DNA of 64,000 nucleotides from Escherichia coli (GTDB lineage Bacteria; Pseudomonadota; Gammaproteobacteria; Enterobacterales; Enterobacteriaceae): NCBI RefSeq assembly GCF_003991155.1, contig NZ_CP031293.1; one strand, 5' to 3'. Shown piece by piece: positions 34,942 to 46,289 of this stretch (position 1 is its first letter; each line of letters starts with the position of its first letter). The notes under the pieces were generated by a model. It saw only the letters and a program-made list of their open reading frames with translations, ran no database searches and was not told where the DNA came from. The position numbers and the translations under genes were made by a program.

Positions 34942-36324
34942 TTATTGCTGCCAACCGCCGCCTAAGGCGGCATATAAAGAAATTTCGTTAACCTGACGGG
35001 CATAATTCAGGTCAAGTAAAGTTTGTCGGGTTGCAAATAAAGAACGCTCAGCATCCAGCACTTCCAGATAACTTACCGCGCCGTGCTGATATAATGCCCG
35101 CGCCCGTTGCAAAGTAATTTGCAGCGACGCAAGATAACGCTGCTGGGCGCTGATTTGATCGTTCAGGCTTTGACGTAATGCCAGCGCATCTGCCACTTCT
35201 TTAAAGGCGTTCTGGATTTTCTGTTCATAATTCACCACCGACTGCTGCTGGCGAATTTCGGCGATATCCAGATTGGCCTGGTTGCGTCCGGCATTAAAAA
35301 TGGGGATCTCAATTTTAGGAATAAAATTCCACATCCCGCTGCTGGCGTTAAATAATGACGACAGATCGCTGCTGGCGGTTGATATTTCGCTGGTCAGGCT
35401 GATAGACGGGAAAAATGCCGCACGCGCAGCACCAATATTGGCATTAGCCGCCATTAACGCGTGTTCAGCTTCCATAATATCCGGGCGCTGCAATAAGATT
35501 TGCGACGACAAGCCCGCCGGTAATTTAACGCTTTGCAGGCTGTCGCTGTTTACTGTCTGCGCTTGCGGCAGCTTGCCGTAGCTTCCCAATAACAGTTGCA
35601 ATGCATTATTCGCCTGCGCCAGTTCCCCCTGACGTTTAGCGATGTCGCTGCGGGTACTTTCTATCACCCCGCGAGCCTGTTCCAGCGCCAGAACATTGCT
35701 GCTACCGGTCAACAGTTGTTTTTCGACAAACGCATATGACTGCTGATAATTACGCAGCGTTTCTTCGGCTATTTGCAATTGCGCATACGCCAGTTGCTGA
35801 TTGAAATAGCTTTGTGCGACATTAGAAACTAGCAAAATATGCACCGCGCGCTGAGCTTCCTCAGTGGCTAAATAATTTTGGCGCTCGGCTTCGCTCATGT
35901 TCTTTAAGCGACCGAAAAAATCGAGATCAAAGCTGGCGTTAAGGCCAGTCGAGAACTCCCGCGTCGTGGCTGAATCGCCTTTAAGATTGCCGCTCCAGCT
36001 GCCGCTGCCCTCGCCATTGAGCTGTGGGTAGCGGTCGGCATCGGTCAGACGATATTGCGCCCGCGCTTCCTGCACTTTCAGCGCCGCCATGCGCAAATCC
36101 CGGTTATTCACCAACGCCTCGCTAATCAGCGTCTTCACCCGATTATCAACAAAAAAGGTGCGCCAGCCCGCGTTCTGGTAGTTATCTGCTGCGTTAACCA
36201 GGCCGTTCTGGCTGAGTGAGAACTGCTGCGGCACGGGCATTGCCGGACGCTGATAATCCGGTGCCAGTGAACAACCGGTTAGCGCAAGGGCCACACAAAA
36301 TGGCAGAAGTTTACAAGGAGACAT
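34942..36324 (-). CDS. cusC: Cu/Ag efflux outer membrane factor CusC (lipoprotein)
   Basis: 460-aa ORF with lipobox LTGCS. Confidence 0.92.
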   Translation of the reverse strand: MSPCKLLPFCVALALTGCSLAPDYQRPAMPVPQQFSLSQNGLVNAADNYQNAGWRTFFVDNRVKTLISEALVNNRDLRMAALKVQEARAQYRLTDADRYPQLNGEGSGSWSGNLKGDSATTREFSTGLNASFDLDFFGRLKNMSEAERQNYLATEEAQRAVHILLVSNVAQSYFNQQLAYAQLQIAEETLRNYQQSYAFVEKQLLTGSSNVLALEQARGVIESTRSDIAKRQGELAQANNALQLLLGSYGKLPQAQTVNSDSLQSVKLPAGLSSQILLQRPDIMEAEHALMAANANIGAARAAFFPSISLTSEISTASSDLSSLFNASSGMWNFIPKIEIPIFNAGRNQANLDIAEIRQQQSVVNYEQKIQNAFKEVADALALRQSLNDQISAQQRYLASLQITLQRARALYQHGAVSYLEVLDAERSLFATRQTLLDLNYARQVNEISLYAALGGGWQQ

Positions 36325-36393
36325 AGGCTCATAATTTCTGGTGATTTTATGCCGCCAACTTTACTCGCCAGGCTCTGATTTTCCGGTGACAGG

Positions 36394-36415
36394 AAAATGA
36401 CAAAATTGTCATTTT
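36394..36415. promoter_or_regulatory. CusR box palindrome in the divergent cusC / cusR promoter region
   Basis: Perfect palindrome aaaatgacaaaattgtcatttt between the divergent cus operons. Confidence 0.7.
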
Positions 36416-36480
36416 GCCAATAAGCGATTGCCATCTGATCCCGCTACTCTAGAATTGCCCGGGCAACATGCGGAGGAAAT

Positions 36481-37164
36481 ATGAAACTGTTGATTGTCGA
36501 AGATGAAAAGAAAACCGGAGAATACTTGACCAAAGGGTTAACCGAAGCCGGTTTTGTGGTCGATTTGGCCGACAACGGGCTGAATGGCTACCATCTGGCG
36601 ATGACCGGTGATTATGATCTGATAATCCTCGATATTATGCTGCCGGACGTGAACGGCTGGGATATCGTGCGCATGTTGCGTTCCGCCAATAAGGGGATGC
36701 CGATTCTGTTGCTTACCGCGCTTGGCACCATTGAACATCGCGTCAAGGGGCTGGAGTTGGGGGCCGATGACTATCTGGTGAAGCCGTTCGCTTTTGCTGA
36801 ACTGCTGGCGCGGGTGCGCACTCTCCTGCGGCGCGGGGCGGCGGTGATTATCGAAAGTCAGTTTCAGGTTGCCGATCTGATGGTCGATCTCGTCAGCCGC
36901 AAAGTCACCCGCAGCGGCACGCGCATCACTCTGACCAGTAAAGAATTTACTCTGCTGGAGTTTTTCCTTCGCCATCAGGGCGAAGTGCTGCCCCGCTCGC
37001 TTATCGCCTCGCAGGTATGGGACATGAATTTCGACAGCGACACTAACGCCATTGATGTGGCGGTGAAGCGGCTACGCGGCAAAATCGACAACGACTTTGA
37101 GCCGAAGCTGATTCAAACCGTGCGCGGCGTGGGTTACATGCTTGAGGTACCGGATGGCCAGTAA
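36481..37164 (+). CDS. cusR: Copper-responsive response regulator CusR (OmpR family)
   Basis: 227-aa ORF with receiver and winged-helix domains. Confidence 0.93.
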
Positions 37165-38596
37165 GCCATTTCAGCGCCCGTTTTCGCTGGCAACCCGCCT
37201 GACCTTTTTTATCAGCCTGGCCACCATCGCGGCGTTTTTCGCCTTTGCATGGATCATGATCCACTCAGTAAAAGTGCATTTTGCCGAGCAGGATATTAAT
37301 GATTTAAAAGAGATTAGCGCCACCCTTGAACGGGTACTAAATCACCCTGACGAAACGCAAGCCCGACGCTTAATGACGCTGGAAGATATTGTCAGTGGTT
37401 ATTCCAACGTGTTGATTTCCCTGGCAGATAGCCACGGCAAAACGGTGTATCACTCCCCCGGTGCGCCTGATATCCGCGAGTTTGCACGTGATGCCATACC
37501 CGATAAAGACGCTCGGAGCGGCGAGGTGTATCTCCTTTCCGGCCCGACAATGATGATGCCAGGCCACGGTCACGGGCATATGGAACACAGCAACTGGCGG
37601 ATGATTAACTTGCCGGTTGGCCCGTTGGTGGACGGCAAACCGATTTATACGCTCTACATCGCGCTTTCGATCGATTTTCATCTTCATTACATAAATGATT
37701 TGATGAATAAACTTATTATGACCGCATCGATCATCAGCATCCTGATCGTCTTTATCGTGCTGCTGGCGGTACATAAAGGCCACGCGCCAATTCGCAGCGT
37801 CAGCCGTCAAATCCAGAACATTACCTCGAAAGATCTCGACGTTCGCCTCGATCCACAGACCGTGCCCATTGAACTCGAACAACTGGTGCTGTCGTTCAAC
37901 CATATGATCGAGCGTATCGAGGATGTCTTTACCCGCCAGTCCAATTTCTCAGCGGATATCGCTCACGAAATTCGCACGCCGATTACGAATCTCATAACGC
38001 AAACGGAAATCGCCCTCAGCCAGTCGCGCAGTCAGAAGGAGCTGGAAGATGTGCTCTACTCTAATCTCGAAGAGCTGACTCGAATGGCGAAAATGGTCAG
38101 CGATATGTTGTTTCTCGCCCAGGCCGATAACAACCAGTTAATCCCCGAAAAGAAAATGCTCAACCTGGCGGATGAAGTCGGCAAAGTGTTCGATTTTTTC
38201 GAGGCGTTAGCGGAAGATCGCGGCGTGGAGTTGCGGTTTGTTGGTGACGAGTGTCAGGTTGCGGGCGATCCGCTGATGTTGCGTCGGGCGTTAAGCAACC
38301 TGCTTTCGAACGCCCTGCGTTATACGCCACCCGGAGAGGCAATTGTTGTGCGCTGCCAGACGGTCGATCACCAGGTGCAAGTTTCCGTCGAAAACCCCGG
38401 TACGCCCATTGCGCCCGAACACTTACCGCGATTGTTTGACCGTTTCTACCGCGTTGATCCTTCCCGCCAGCGAAAAGGCGAAGGTAGCGGCATTGGGCTG
38501 GCGATAGTGAAATCAATTGTTGTCGCGCATAAAGGCACGGTTGCAGTAACTTCAGATGCGCGCGGAACAAGGTTTGTTATCATATTACCCGCTTAA
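37154..38596 (+). CDS. cusS: Copper sensor histidine kinase CusS
   Basis: Track ORF trimmed to [16 protein letters not shown]; histidine-kinase H-box [10 protein letters not shown]. Confidence 0.9.
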
Positions 38597-38745
38597 TCCT
38601 TCAGCAAACGGCAACTTTTATAACCAGTGTAAAAATAACGTGCCGCAATAATCCTACCTATTAATGATAAAAAGCTGTCACAATTCATAAAAAACTTTAA
38701 TATACGCCACCCTAAACATAACCAGCGTTAATGTAAGGTTTTTGT

Positions 38746-40983
38746 GTGGACTGGCTTCTTGATGTTTTTGCTACCTGGCTCTACGGCTTAAAAGTAATCG
38801 CGATAACGTTAGCGGTCATCATGTTCATCAGCGGGCTGGACGATTTTTTTATTGATGTCGTCTACTGGGTACGCCGCATTAAACGCAAGTTGAGTGTTTA
38901 TCGCCGCTACCCGCGAATGAGTTACCGCGAACTGTATAAACCAGATGAAAAACCGTTAGCGATTATGGTTCCGGCGTGGAATGAAACGGGCGTCATCGGC
39001 AATATGGCCGAGCTGGCGGCGACCACGCTCGACTACGAAAACTATCATATCTTTGTTGGCACCTACCCCAACGACCCCGATACTCAGCGTGATGTTGACG
39101 AAGTGTGCGCTCGCTTCCCGAACGTGCATAAGGTAGTCTGCGCGCGTCCTGGCCCCACCAGCAAAGCCGACTGTCTGAACAACGTGCTGGACGCCATCAC
39201 CCAATTTGAACGTAGCGCCAATTTCGCTTTTGCTGGTTTTATTCTGCATGACGCCGAAGATGTGATTTCACCGATGGAATTGCGTCTGTTCAACTATCTG
39301 GTCGAGCGTAAAGATCTGATTCAGATCCCAGTGTATCCGTTCGAACGCGAATGGACGCACTTCACCAGCATGACTTACATTGATGAGTTTTCAGAACTGC
39401 ATGGCAAAGATGTTCCGGTGCGTGAAGCCCTCGCCGGACAAGTGCCCAGCGCAGGCGTCGGCACCTGTTTCAGCCGCCGCGCCGTGACCGCTCTGTTAGC
39501 TGACGGTGACGGTATTGCTTTCGACGTGCAGAGTCTGACTGAAGATTACGATATTGGCTTCCGCCTGAAAGAAAAAGGTATGACGGAAATTTTTGTCCGT
39601 TTTCCGGTGGTGGACGAAGCCAAAGAACGCGAGCAGCGTAAATTTTTACAGCACGCGCGGACGTCAAACATGATCTGCGTGCGCGAATATTTCCCCGATA
39701 CCTTTTCGACGGCGGTTCGACAAAAATCTCGCTGGATCATCGGCATTGTTTTCCAGGGCTTTAAAACCCATAAATGGACCTCCAGCCTGACGCTGAACTA
39801 CTTTCTCTGGCGCGACCGCAAAGGGGCAATCAGTAACTTTGTCAGCTTCCTCGCGATGCTGGTGATGATCCAGCTTTTGCTGTTACTGGCGTATGAAAGT
39901 TTGTGGCCCGATGCCTGGCATTTCCTTTCTATTTTCAGCGGCAGCGCATGGTTAATGACCCTGCTGTGGCTAAACTTTGGTTTGATGGTTAACCGCATCG
40001 TGCAGCGGGTGATTTTTGTCACTGGCTACTACGGTCTGACGCAGGGGCTGCTATCTGTCCTGCGTCTTTTCTGGGGCAACCTGATTAACTTCATGGCCAA
40101 CTGGCGCGCGTTAAAACAGGTACTTCAACACGGCGATCCACGTCGCGTCGCGTGGGATAAAACAACGCATGACTTCCCCAGCGTGACTGGCGATACCCGC
40201 TCGTTGCGCCCGTTAGGCCAAATTCTGCTGGAAAATCAGGTCATCACTGAAGAACAACTCGATACAGCACTGCGTAATCGCGTCGAAGGTCTACGCCTGG
40301 GCGGTTCAATGCTGATGCAGGGGCTGATTAGCGCCGAACAGCTGGCACAGGCGCTGGCAGAGCAAAACGGCGTGGCGTGGGAGTCGATCGACGCCTGGCA
40401 GATCCCTTCATCACTGATTGCCGAAATGCCGGCTTCCGTGGCGCTGCATTATGCAGTACTGCCGCTGCGTCTGGAAAATGATGAGTTAATTGTCGGCAGT
40501 GAAGATGGTATTGACCCGGTTTCGCTGGCAGCCCTGACGCGTAAAGTCGGACGCAAAGTGCGTTACGTCATTGTTCTGCGGGGACAAATTGTCACCGGAT
40601 TACGCCACTGGTATGCACGCCGACGCGGTCACGATCCGCGGGCAATGTTGTACAATGCAGTTCAGCATCAGTGGCTCACGGAACAGCAGGCCGGTGAAAT
40701 CTGGCGGCAATATGTGCCGCATCAGTTCCTGTTCGCCGAAATACTGACCACGCTCGGTCATATTAATCGTTCAGCAATTAACGTGTTGTTATTGCGCCAT
40801 GAACGCAGTTCTCTGCCGCTCGGCAAGTTTTTGGTCACCGAAGGCGTTATCAGCCAGGAAACGTTGGATCGCGTCCTGACAATTCAACGCGAATTACAAG
40901 TTTCGATGCAATCACTATTACTCAAAGCAGGTTTAAACACAGAAAAGGTTGCGCAACTGGAGTCCGAAAATGAAGGAGAATAA
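38746..40983 (+). CDS. nfrB: Glycosyltransferase NfrB (phage N4 adsorption protein B), inner membrane
   Basis: 745-aa ORF recognised. Confidence 0.9.
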   Translation: MDWLLDVFATWLYGLKVIAITLAVIMFISGLDDFFIDVVYWVRRIKRKLSVYRRYPRMSYRELYKPDEKPLAIMVPAWNETGVIGNMAELAATTLDYENYHIFVGTYPNDPDTQRDVDEVCARFPNVHKVVCARPGPTSKADCLNNVLDAITQFERSANFAFAGFILHDAEDVISPMELRLFNYLVERKDLIQIPVYPFEREWTHFTSMTYIDEFSELHGKDVPVREALAGQVPSAGVGTCFSRRAVTALLADGDGIAFDVQSLTEDYDIGFRLKEKGMTEIFVRFPVVDEAKEREQRKFLQHARTSNMICVREYFPDTFSTAVRQKSRWIIGIVFQGFKTHKWTSSLTLNYFLWRDRKGAISNFVSFLAMLVMIQLLLLLAYESLWPDAWHFLSIFSGSAWLMTLLWLNFGLMVNRIVQRVIFVTGYYGLTQGLLSVLRLFWGNLINFMANWRALKQVLQHGDPRRVAWDKTTHDFPSVTGDTRSLRPLGQILLENQVITEEQLDTALRNRVEGLRLGGSMLMQGLISAEQLAQALAEQNGVAWESIDAWQIPSSLIAEMPASVALHYAVLPLRLENDELIVGSEDGIDPVSLAALTRKVGRKVRYVIVLRGQIVTGLRHWYARRRGHDPRAMLYNAVQHQWLTEQQAGEIWRQYVPHQFLFAEILTTLGHINRSAINVLLLRHERSSLPLGKFLVTEGVISQETLDRVLTIQRELQVSMQSLLLKAGLNTEKVAQLESENEGE

Positions 40984-43942
40984 CCTTAATCGCGTCATCG
41001 GATGGTCTGGTTTACTGCTGACGTCTTTATTGAGTACCAGCGCACTCGCAGACAATATCGGCACCAGCGCAGAAGAGCTGGGGCTGAGCGATTATCGCCA
41101 TTTCGTTATTTATCCCCGTCTCGACAAGGCGCTGAAGGCACAGAAAAATAACGACGAAGCAACCGCCATCCGCGAATTTGAATATATACACCAACAGGTG
41201 CCGGATAATATTCCACTAACTTTATACCTTGCGGAAGCCTATCGCCATTTTGGTCATGATGACCGGGCGCGGCTGTTGCTTGAGGATCAACTGAAACGTC
41301 ACCCAGGAGATGCCCGACTTGAGCGCAGTCTGGCGGCTATTCCAGTTGAAGTGAAAAGCGTTACGACTGTTGAAGAACTGCTGGCCCAGCAAAAAGCGTG
41401 CGATGCTGCGCCGACCCTGCGTTGTCGCAGTGAAGTTGGGCAGAATGCCCTGCGGCTGGCACAATTACCTGTCGCCAGAGCGCAACTGAACGATGCGACG
41501 TTTGCTGCATCGCCGGAAGGAAAAACGCTGCGAACCGATCTGCTGCAACGGGCAATCTACCTGAAACAATGGTCCCAGGCAGATACGCTATACAATGAAG
41601 CACGCCAGCAGAACACATTAAGCGCGGCAGAACGCCGCCAGTGGTTTGATGTGCTTCTTGCCGGGCAGCTGGACGATCGGATCCTGGCGCTGCAATCACA
41701 GGGGATCTTCACCGATCCTCAGTCATATATTACTTACGCGACCGCGCTGGCTTATCGTGGCGAAAAAGCACGCCTCCAGCGTTATCTCATTGAAAATAAG
41801 CCGCTGTTTACCACGGACGCACAAGAGAAAAGTTGGCTCTATCTGATATCTAAATACAGCGCCAACCCCGTTCAGGCGTTGGCGAATTATACGGTACAGT
41901 TTGCCGATAACCGCCAGTATGTTGTTGGCGCGACGCTACCGGTGCTGTTAAAAGAAGGTCAGTACGACGCAGCGCAAAAACTGCTCGCCACCCTCCCCGC
42001 CAATGAAATGCTTGAGGAGCGTTATACCGTTAGCGTAGCGACCCATAACAAGGCTGAAGCTCTGCGTCTGGCACGATTGCTGTATCAGCAAGAACCGGCA
42101 AATCTTACCCGCCTGGATCAACTGACCTGGCAACTGATGCAGAACGAGCAGTCACGCGAAGCTGCCGATTTATTGCTGCAACGCTATCCTTTCCAGGGCG
42201 ATGCGCGTGTCAGCCAGACGTTAATGGCGCGACTGGCGTCTCTGCTGGAAAGTCATCCTTACCTGGCAACGCCGGCGAAGGTGGCGATTTTATCGAAACC
42301 CTTACCGCTGGCGGAGCAACGTCAGTGGCAAAGTCAGTTGCCGGGTATTGCAGATAATTGCCCGGCTATAGTTCGCTTGCTGGGCGATATGTCGCCTTCC
42401 TACGATGCCGCCGCCTGGAACCGTCTGGCAAAGTGTTATCGGGACACGCTACCCGGTGTGGCGTTGTATGCATGGCTTCAGGCCGAACAACGACAACCGA
42501 ACGCCTGGCAACATCGTGCGGTAGCCTATCAGGCGTATCAGGTTGAGGACTACGCCACCGCACTGGCGGCCTGGCAGAAAATCAGTCTTCACGACATGAG
42601 CAATGAGGATCTGCTTGCTGCTGCCAATACCGCCCAGGCGGCAGGAAATGGTGCGGCTCGCGATCGCTGGCTTCAGCAGGCAGAACAACGTGGGCTGGGA
42701 AACAATGCCCTCTACTGGTGGCTGCATGCGCAACGTTACATTCCTGGTCAGCCGGAACTCGCACTGAACGATCTCACGCGCTCAATCAATATTGCGCCTT
42801 CTGCCAACGCTTACGTTGCGCGGGCGACAATTTATCGCCAACGTCATAATGTCCCGGCGGCGGTGAGTGATTTGCGCGCCGCGCTGGAACTGGAACCGAA
42901 TAATAGCAACACCCAGGCAGCGCTCGGTTACGCCTTGTGGGATAGCGGTGATATCGCACAGTCGCGGGAAATGCTCGAACAGGCGCATAAAGGGCTACCG
43001 GACGATCCGGCACTTATCCGACAACTGGCCTACGTGAACCAGCGTCTGGATGACATGCCTGCGACGCAGCACTACGCCCGGCTGGTGATTGATGACATTG
43101 ATAATCAGGCGCTGATAACCCCACTGACCCCAGAGCAAAATCAGCAACGCTTCAATTTCCGCCGTCTGCATGAGGAGGTCGGTCGCCGCTGGACGTTCAG
43201 TTTCGATTCTTCTATCGGCTTGCGTTCCGGCGCAATGAGTACCGCTAACAATAATGTCGGCGGCGCAGCGCCAGGGAAAAGCTATCGTAGCTACGGGCAA
43301 CTGGAAGCCGAGTACCGCATCGGACGCAATATGCTGCTGGAAGGCGACCTGCTCTCGGTTTACAGCCGTGTATTTGCCGATACCGGTGAAAACGGGGTGA
43401 TGATGCCGGTGAAAAATCCGATGTCCGGCACCGGTCTGCGCTGGAAGCCGCTGCGCGATCAGATCTTTTTCCTCGCCGTCGAACAGCAGTTGCCGCTGAA
43501 CGGCCAAAATGGCGCATCCGATACCATGCTGCGCGCCAGCGCCTCATTCTTTAATGGCGGCAAATACAGCGACGAATGGCACCCGAACGGTTCAGGCTGG
43601 TTTGCCCAAAACCTGTACCTCGATGCGGCGCAATATGTCCGCCAGGATATTCAGGCGTGGACGGCAGATTATCGCGTCAGCTGGCATCAGAAGGTGGCTA
43701 ACGGACAGACTATTGAGCCTTACGCTCACGTTCAGGACAACGGCTATCGTGATAAAGGCACTCAGGGCGCGCAGCTTGGCGGAGTCGGGGTCCGCTGGAA
43801 TATCTGGACCGGCGAGACGCACTACGACGCCTGGCCGCACAAAGTCAGTCTCGGCGTCGAGTATCAACATACCTTTAAGGCGATTAATCAACGTAACGGA
43901 GAGCGCAACAACGCGTTTCTCACCATTGGAGTGCACTGGTAA
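40970..43942 (+). CDS. nfrA: Outer membrane protein NfrA (phage N4 receptor)
   Basis: Track ORF trimmed to MKENNLNRVIGWSGLLL (990 aa); TPR-rich, overlaps the nfrB end. Confidence 0.9.
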   Translation: MKENNLNRVIGWSGLLLTSLLSTSALADNIGTSAEELGLSDYRHFVIYPRLDKALKAQKNNDEATAIREFEYIHQQVPDNIPLTLYLAEAYRHFGHDDRARLLLEDQLKRHPGDARLERSLAAIPVEVKSVTTVEELLAQQKACDAAPTLRCRSEVGQNALRLAQLPVARAQLNDATFAASPEGKTLRTDLLQRAIYLKQWSQADTLYNEARQQNTLSAAERRQWFDVLLAGQLDDRILALQSQGIFTDPQSYITYATALAYRGEKARLQRYLIENKPLFTTDAQEKSWLYLISKYSANPVQALANYTVQFADNRQYVVGATLPVLLKEGQYDAAQKLLATLPANEMLEERYTVSVATHNKAEALRLARLLYQQEPANLTRLDQLTWQLMQNEQSREAADLLLQRYPFQGDARVSQTLMARLASLLESHPYLATPAKVAILSKPLPLAEQRQWQSQLPGIADNCPAIVRLLGDMSPSYDAAAWNRLAKCYRDTLPGVALYAWLQAEQRQPNAWQHRAVAYQAYQVEDYATALAAWQKISLHDMSNEDLLAAANTAQAAGNGAARDRWLQQAEQRGLGNNALYWWLHAQRYIPGQPELALNDLTRSINIAPSANAYVARATIYRQRHNVPAAVSDLRAALELEPNNSNTQAALGYALWDSGDIAQSREMLEQAHKGLPDDPALIRQLAYVNQRLDDMPATQHYARLVIDDIDNQALITPLTPEQNQQRFNFRRLHEEVGRRWTFSFDSSIGLRSGAMSTANNNVGGAAPGKSYRSYGQLEAEYRIGRNMLLEGDLLSVYSRVFADTGENGVMMPVKNPMSGTGLRWKPLRDQIFFLAVEQQLPLNGQNGASDTMLRASASFFNGGKYSDEWHPNGSGWFAQNLYLDAAQYVRQDIQAWTADYRVSWHQKVANGQTIEPYAHVQDNGYRDKGTQGAQLGGVGVRWNIWTGETHYDAWPHKVSLGVEYQHTFKAINQRNGERNNAFLTIGVHW

Positions 43943-44833
43943 ATGCGTAAGTTCATTTTCGTATTGCTGACACTGCTTTTGGTCAGCCCTTTTTCCTTTG
44001 CGATGAAAGGTATTATCTGGCAACCACAAAACCGTGATAGTCAGGTTACCGATACCCAGTGGCAGGGGCTGATGAGTCAGTTACGTTTGCAAGGCTTCGA
44101 TACCCTGGTTTTGCAATGGACTCGTTACGGCGATGCATTCACCCAGCCAGAACAGCGCGCGTTATTGTTTAAGCGTGCCGCAGCTGCGCAACAGGCTGGC
44201 CTGAAGCTGATTGTCGGGCTGAATGCCGATCCGGAATTTTTTATGCACCAGAAACAGTCGTCTGCAGCGCTGGAAAGCTATCTTAACCGCCTGCTGGCTG
44301 CCGATCTCCAGCAAGCCAGATTATGGAGCGCCGTACCTGGCGTAACGCCGGATGGCTGGTACATCAGCGCGGAAATTGACGACCTGAACTGGCGCAGCGA
44401 AGCCGCCCGTCAGCCTTTGCTAACATGGTTAAACAACGCGCAGCGGTTGATTAGCGATGTTTCAGCAAAACCGGTTTATATCAGTAGTTTTTTCGCCGGA
44501 AACATGTCGCCCGATGGCTATCGCCAACTGCTGGAACACGTTAAAGCAACCGGCGTTAATGTCTGGGTACAGGATGGCAGCGGCGTGGATAAACTGACCG
44601 CTGAACAGCGTGAACGTTATCTACAGGCCAGCGCCGATTGCCAAAGCTCCGCCCCAGCAAGCGGCATTGTTTATGAACTGTTTGTCGCCGGCAAAGGCAA
44701 AACCTTTACAGCGAAACCGAAACCGGACGCAGAAATTGCCTCGCTGTTAGCGAAACGTTCCTCTTGCGGTAAAGACACGCTCTATTTCTCTCTGCGCTAT
44801 TTGCCCGTCGCGCACGGCATTCTCGAGTATTAA
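43943..44833 (+). CDS. ybcH: YbcH (third gene of the nfrBA-ybcH operon)
   Basis: 296-aa signal-peptide ORF starting directly at the nfrA stop. Confidence 0.85.
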   Translation: MRKFIFVLLTLLLVSPFSFAMKGIIWQPQNRDSQVTDTQWQGLMSQLRLQGFDTLVLQWTRYGDAFTQPEQRALLFKRAAAAQQAGLKLIVGLNADPEFFMHQKQSSAALESYLNRLLAADLQQARLWSAVPGVTPDGWYISAEIDDLNWRSEAARQPLLTWLNNAQRLISDVSAKPVYISSFFAGNMSPDGYRQLLEHVKATGVNVWVQDGSGVDKLTAEQRERYLQASADCQSSAPASGIVYELFVAGKGKTFTAKPKPDAEIASLLAKRSSCGKDTLYFSLRYLPVAHGILEY

Positions 44834-45015
44834 ATCTCCTCCAGGTAAGTCGGGTACGACCTGGCTTACCTCTTTCGCTCTCGTCAGAATTCCATCAAGA
44901 TTAATTGCTAAAAAGCGTGCTAAAGAAAGAAGATCGTTATCGGCGAACGGGCCGATCACTCATGCAGGAAGCATAGATCCTTTGAGCGGAGTTTCTGATA
45001 TCTGAGGAGTGCGAA

Positions 45016-45777
45016 ATGCAATTGAGCAGCAGTGAACCTTGCGTGGTGATCCTGACCGAAAAAGAGGTAGAGGTAAGCGTCAATAACCATGCTACGTTTA
45101 CCCTTCCGAAAAACTACCTGGCCGCCTTCGCGTGCAACAATAACGTCATTGAACTCTCAACGTTAAATCACGTATTAATCACCCACATCAACCGTAACAT
45201 CATCAACGATTATCTGTTGTTTTTAAATAAGAACTTAACCTGTATAAAGCCCTGGTCGCGGCTGGCAACCCCGGTTATCGCTTGTCATAGCCGTACACCG
45301 GAAGTGTTCCGGCTAGCCGCCAACCACAGCAAGCAGCAACCCAGCAAACCCTGCGAAGCGGAGTTGACGCGCGCATTGCTTTTTACCGTATTGTCTAACT
45401 TTCTTGAGCAATCGCGGTTTATTGCCCTACTGATGTATATCTTACGCAGCAGCGTCCGCGACAGCGTCTGCCGCATTATTCAAAGCGATATTCAGCATTA
45501 CTGGAATCTGCGAATTGTCGCCAGTTCGCTATGTTTAAGCCCCAGCCTGCTCAAAAAGAAATTAAAAAACGAAAATACCAGCTATAGCCAGATTGTCACA
45601 GAGTGTCGTATGCGTTACGCCGTACAGATGTTATTGATGGATAACAAAAATATCACTCAGGTAGCGCAATTATGTGGCTATAGCAGCACGTCGTACTTTA
45701 TCTCTGTTTTTAAGGCGTTTTACGGCCTGACACCGTTGAATTATCTCGCCAAACAGCGACAAAAAGTGATGTGGTGA
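45016..45777 (+). CDS. envY: AraC-family porin thermoregulator EnvY
   Basis: 253-aa ORF with C-terminal AraC helix-turn-helix region. Confidence 0.85.
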   Translation: MQLSSSEPCVVILTEKEVEVSVNNHATFTLPKNYLAAFACNNNVIELSTLNHVLITHINRNIINDYLLFLNKNLTCIKPWSRLATPVIACHSRTPEVFRLAANHSKQQPSKPCEAELTRALLFTVLSNFLEQSRFIALLMYILRSSVRDSVCRIIQSDIQHYWNLRIVASSLCLSPSLLKKKLKNENTSYSQIVTECRMRYAVQMLLMDNKNITQVAQLCGYSSTSYFISVFKAFYGLTPLNYLAKQRQKVMW

Positions 45778-45822
45778 AGGGCAAAGCGGAAACGGATAAG
45801 ACGGGGATAAATGAAGAAGAAA

Positions 45823-45867
45823 TGGCGCGCCCTGCAGGATTCGAACCTGCGGCCCACGACTTAGAAG
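45823..45867 (-). pseudogene. pauD: 3' fragment of tRNA-Arg (argU-like): prophage attR core, pauD equivalent
   Basis: Reverse complement matches, from memory, the anticodon loop through the 3' CCA end of argU; the 5' half of the tRNA is absent. Confidence 0.75.
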
Positions 45868-46289
45868 TTCCTAGAACGACATTTTAAGTCAACAACTTAC
45901 CGCGCCATCTCTGCGCTCACACGTCCCACTACCTCAAAACATGTAAAGCCTTGCAAGCCATTGTGAGGCCTTATGTGTCTCAGTTTTGTCCCTCTTTTTT
46001 GTACCAAAAAACATAGCAATTGAGGATAAACCTCATGCTATTTTCGCTTATATGCCTCTAAAGGCATGGCGCTTAAATAGATAAAAACACCACAAAAGCA
46101 TAAAAAACCACACAGTAAAACCGCAACATAAAACAATAACAGATAATTAAACCAAAAACAGATAGCGCATTGTGATAATCATTCAATACTAAACAAAATA
46201 TAAACAGTGGAGCAATATGTAATTGACTCATTAAGTTAGATATAAAAAATACATATTCAATCATTAAAACGATTGAATGGAGAACTTTT

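Noticed and set aside
37370-37903. 177-aa ORF antisense to cusS
   Set aside because: Embedded opposite a conserved gene; no independent support.
45823-45905. Possible intact tRNA gene between envY and ompT
   Set aside because: Only the 3' portion, from the anticodon loop to CCA, matches tRNA-Arg; the upstream sequence cannot form the acceptor and D arms, so it is an attachment-site remnant.
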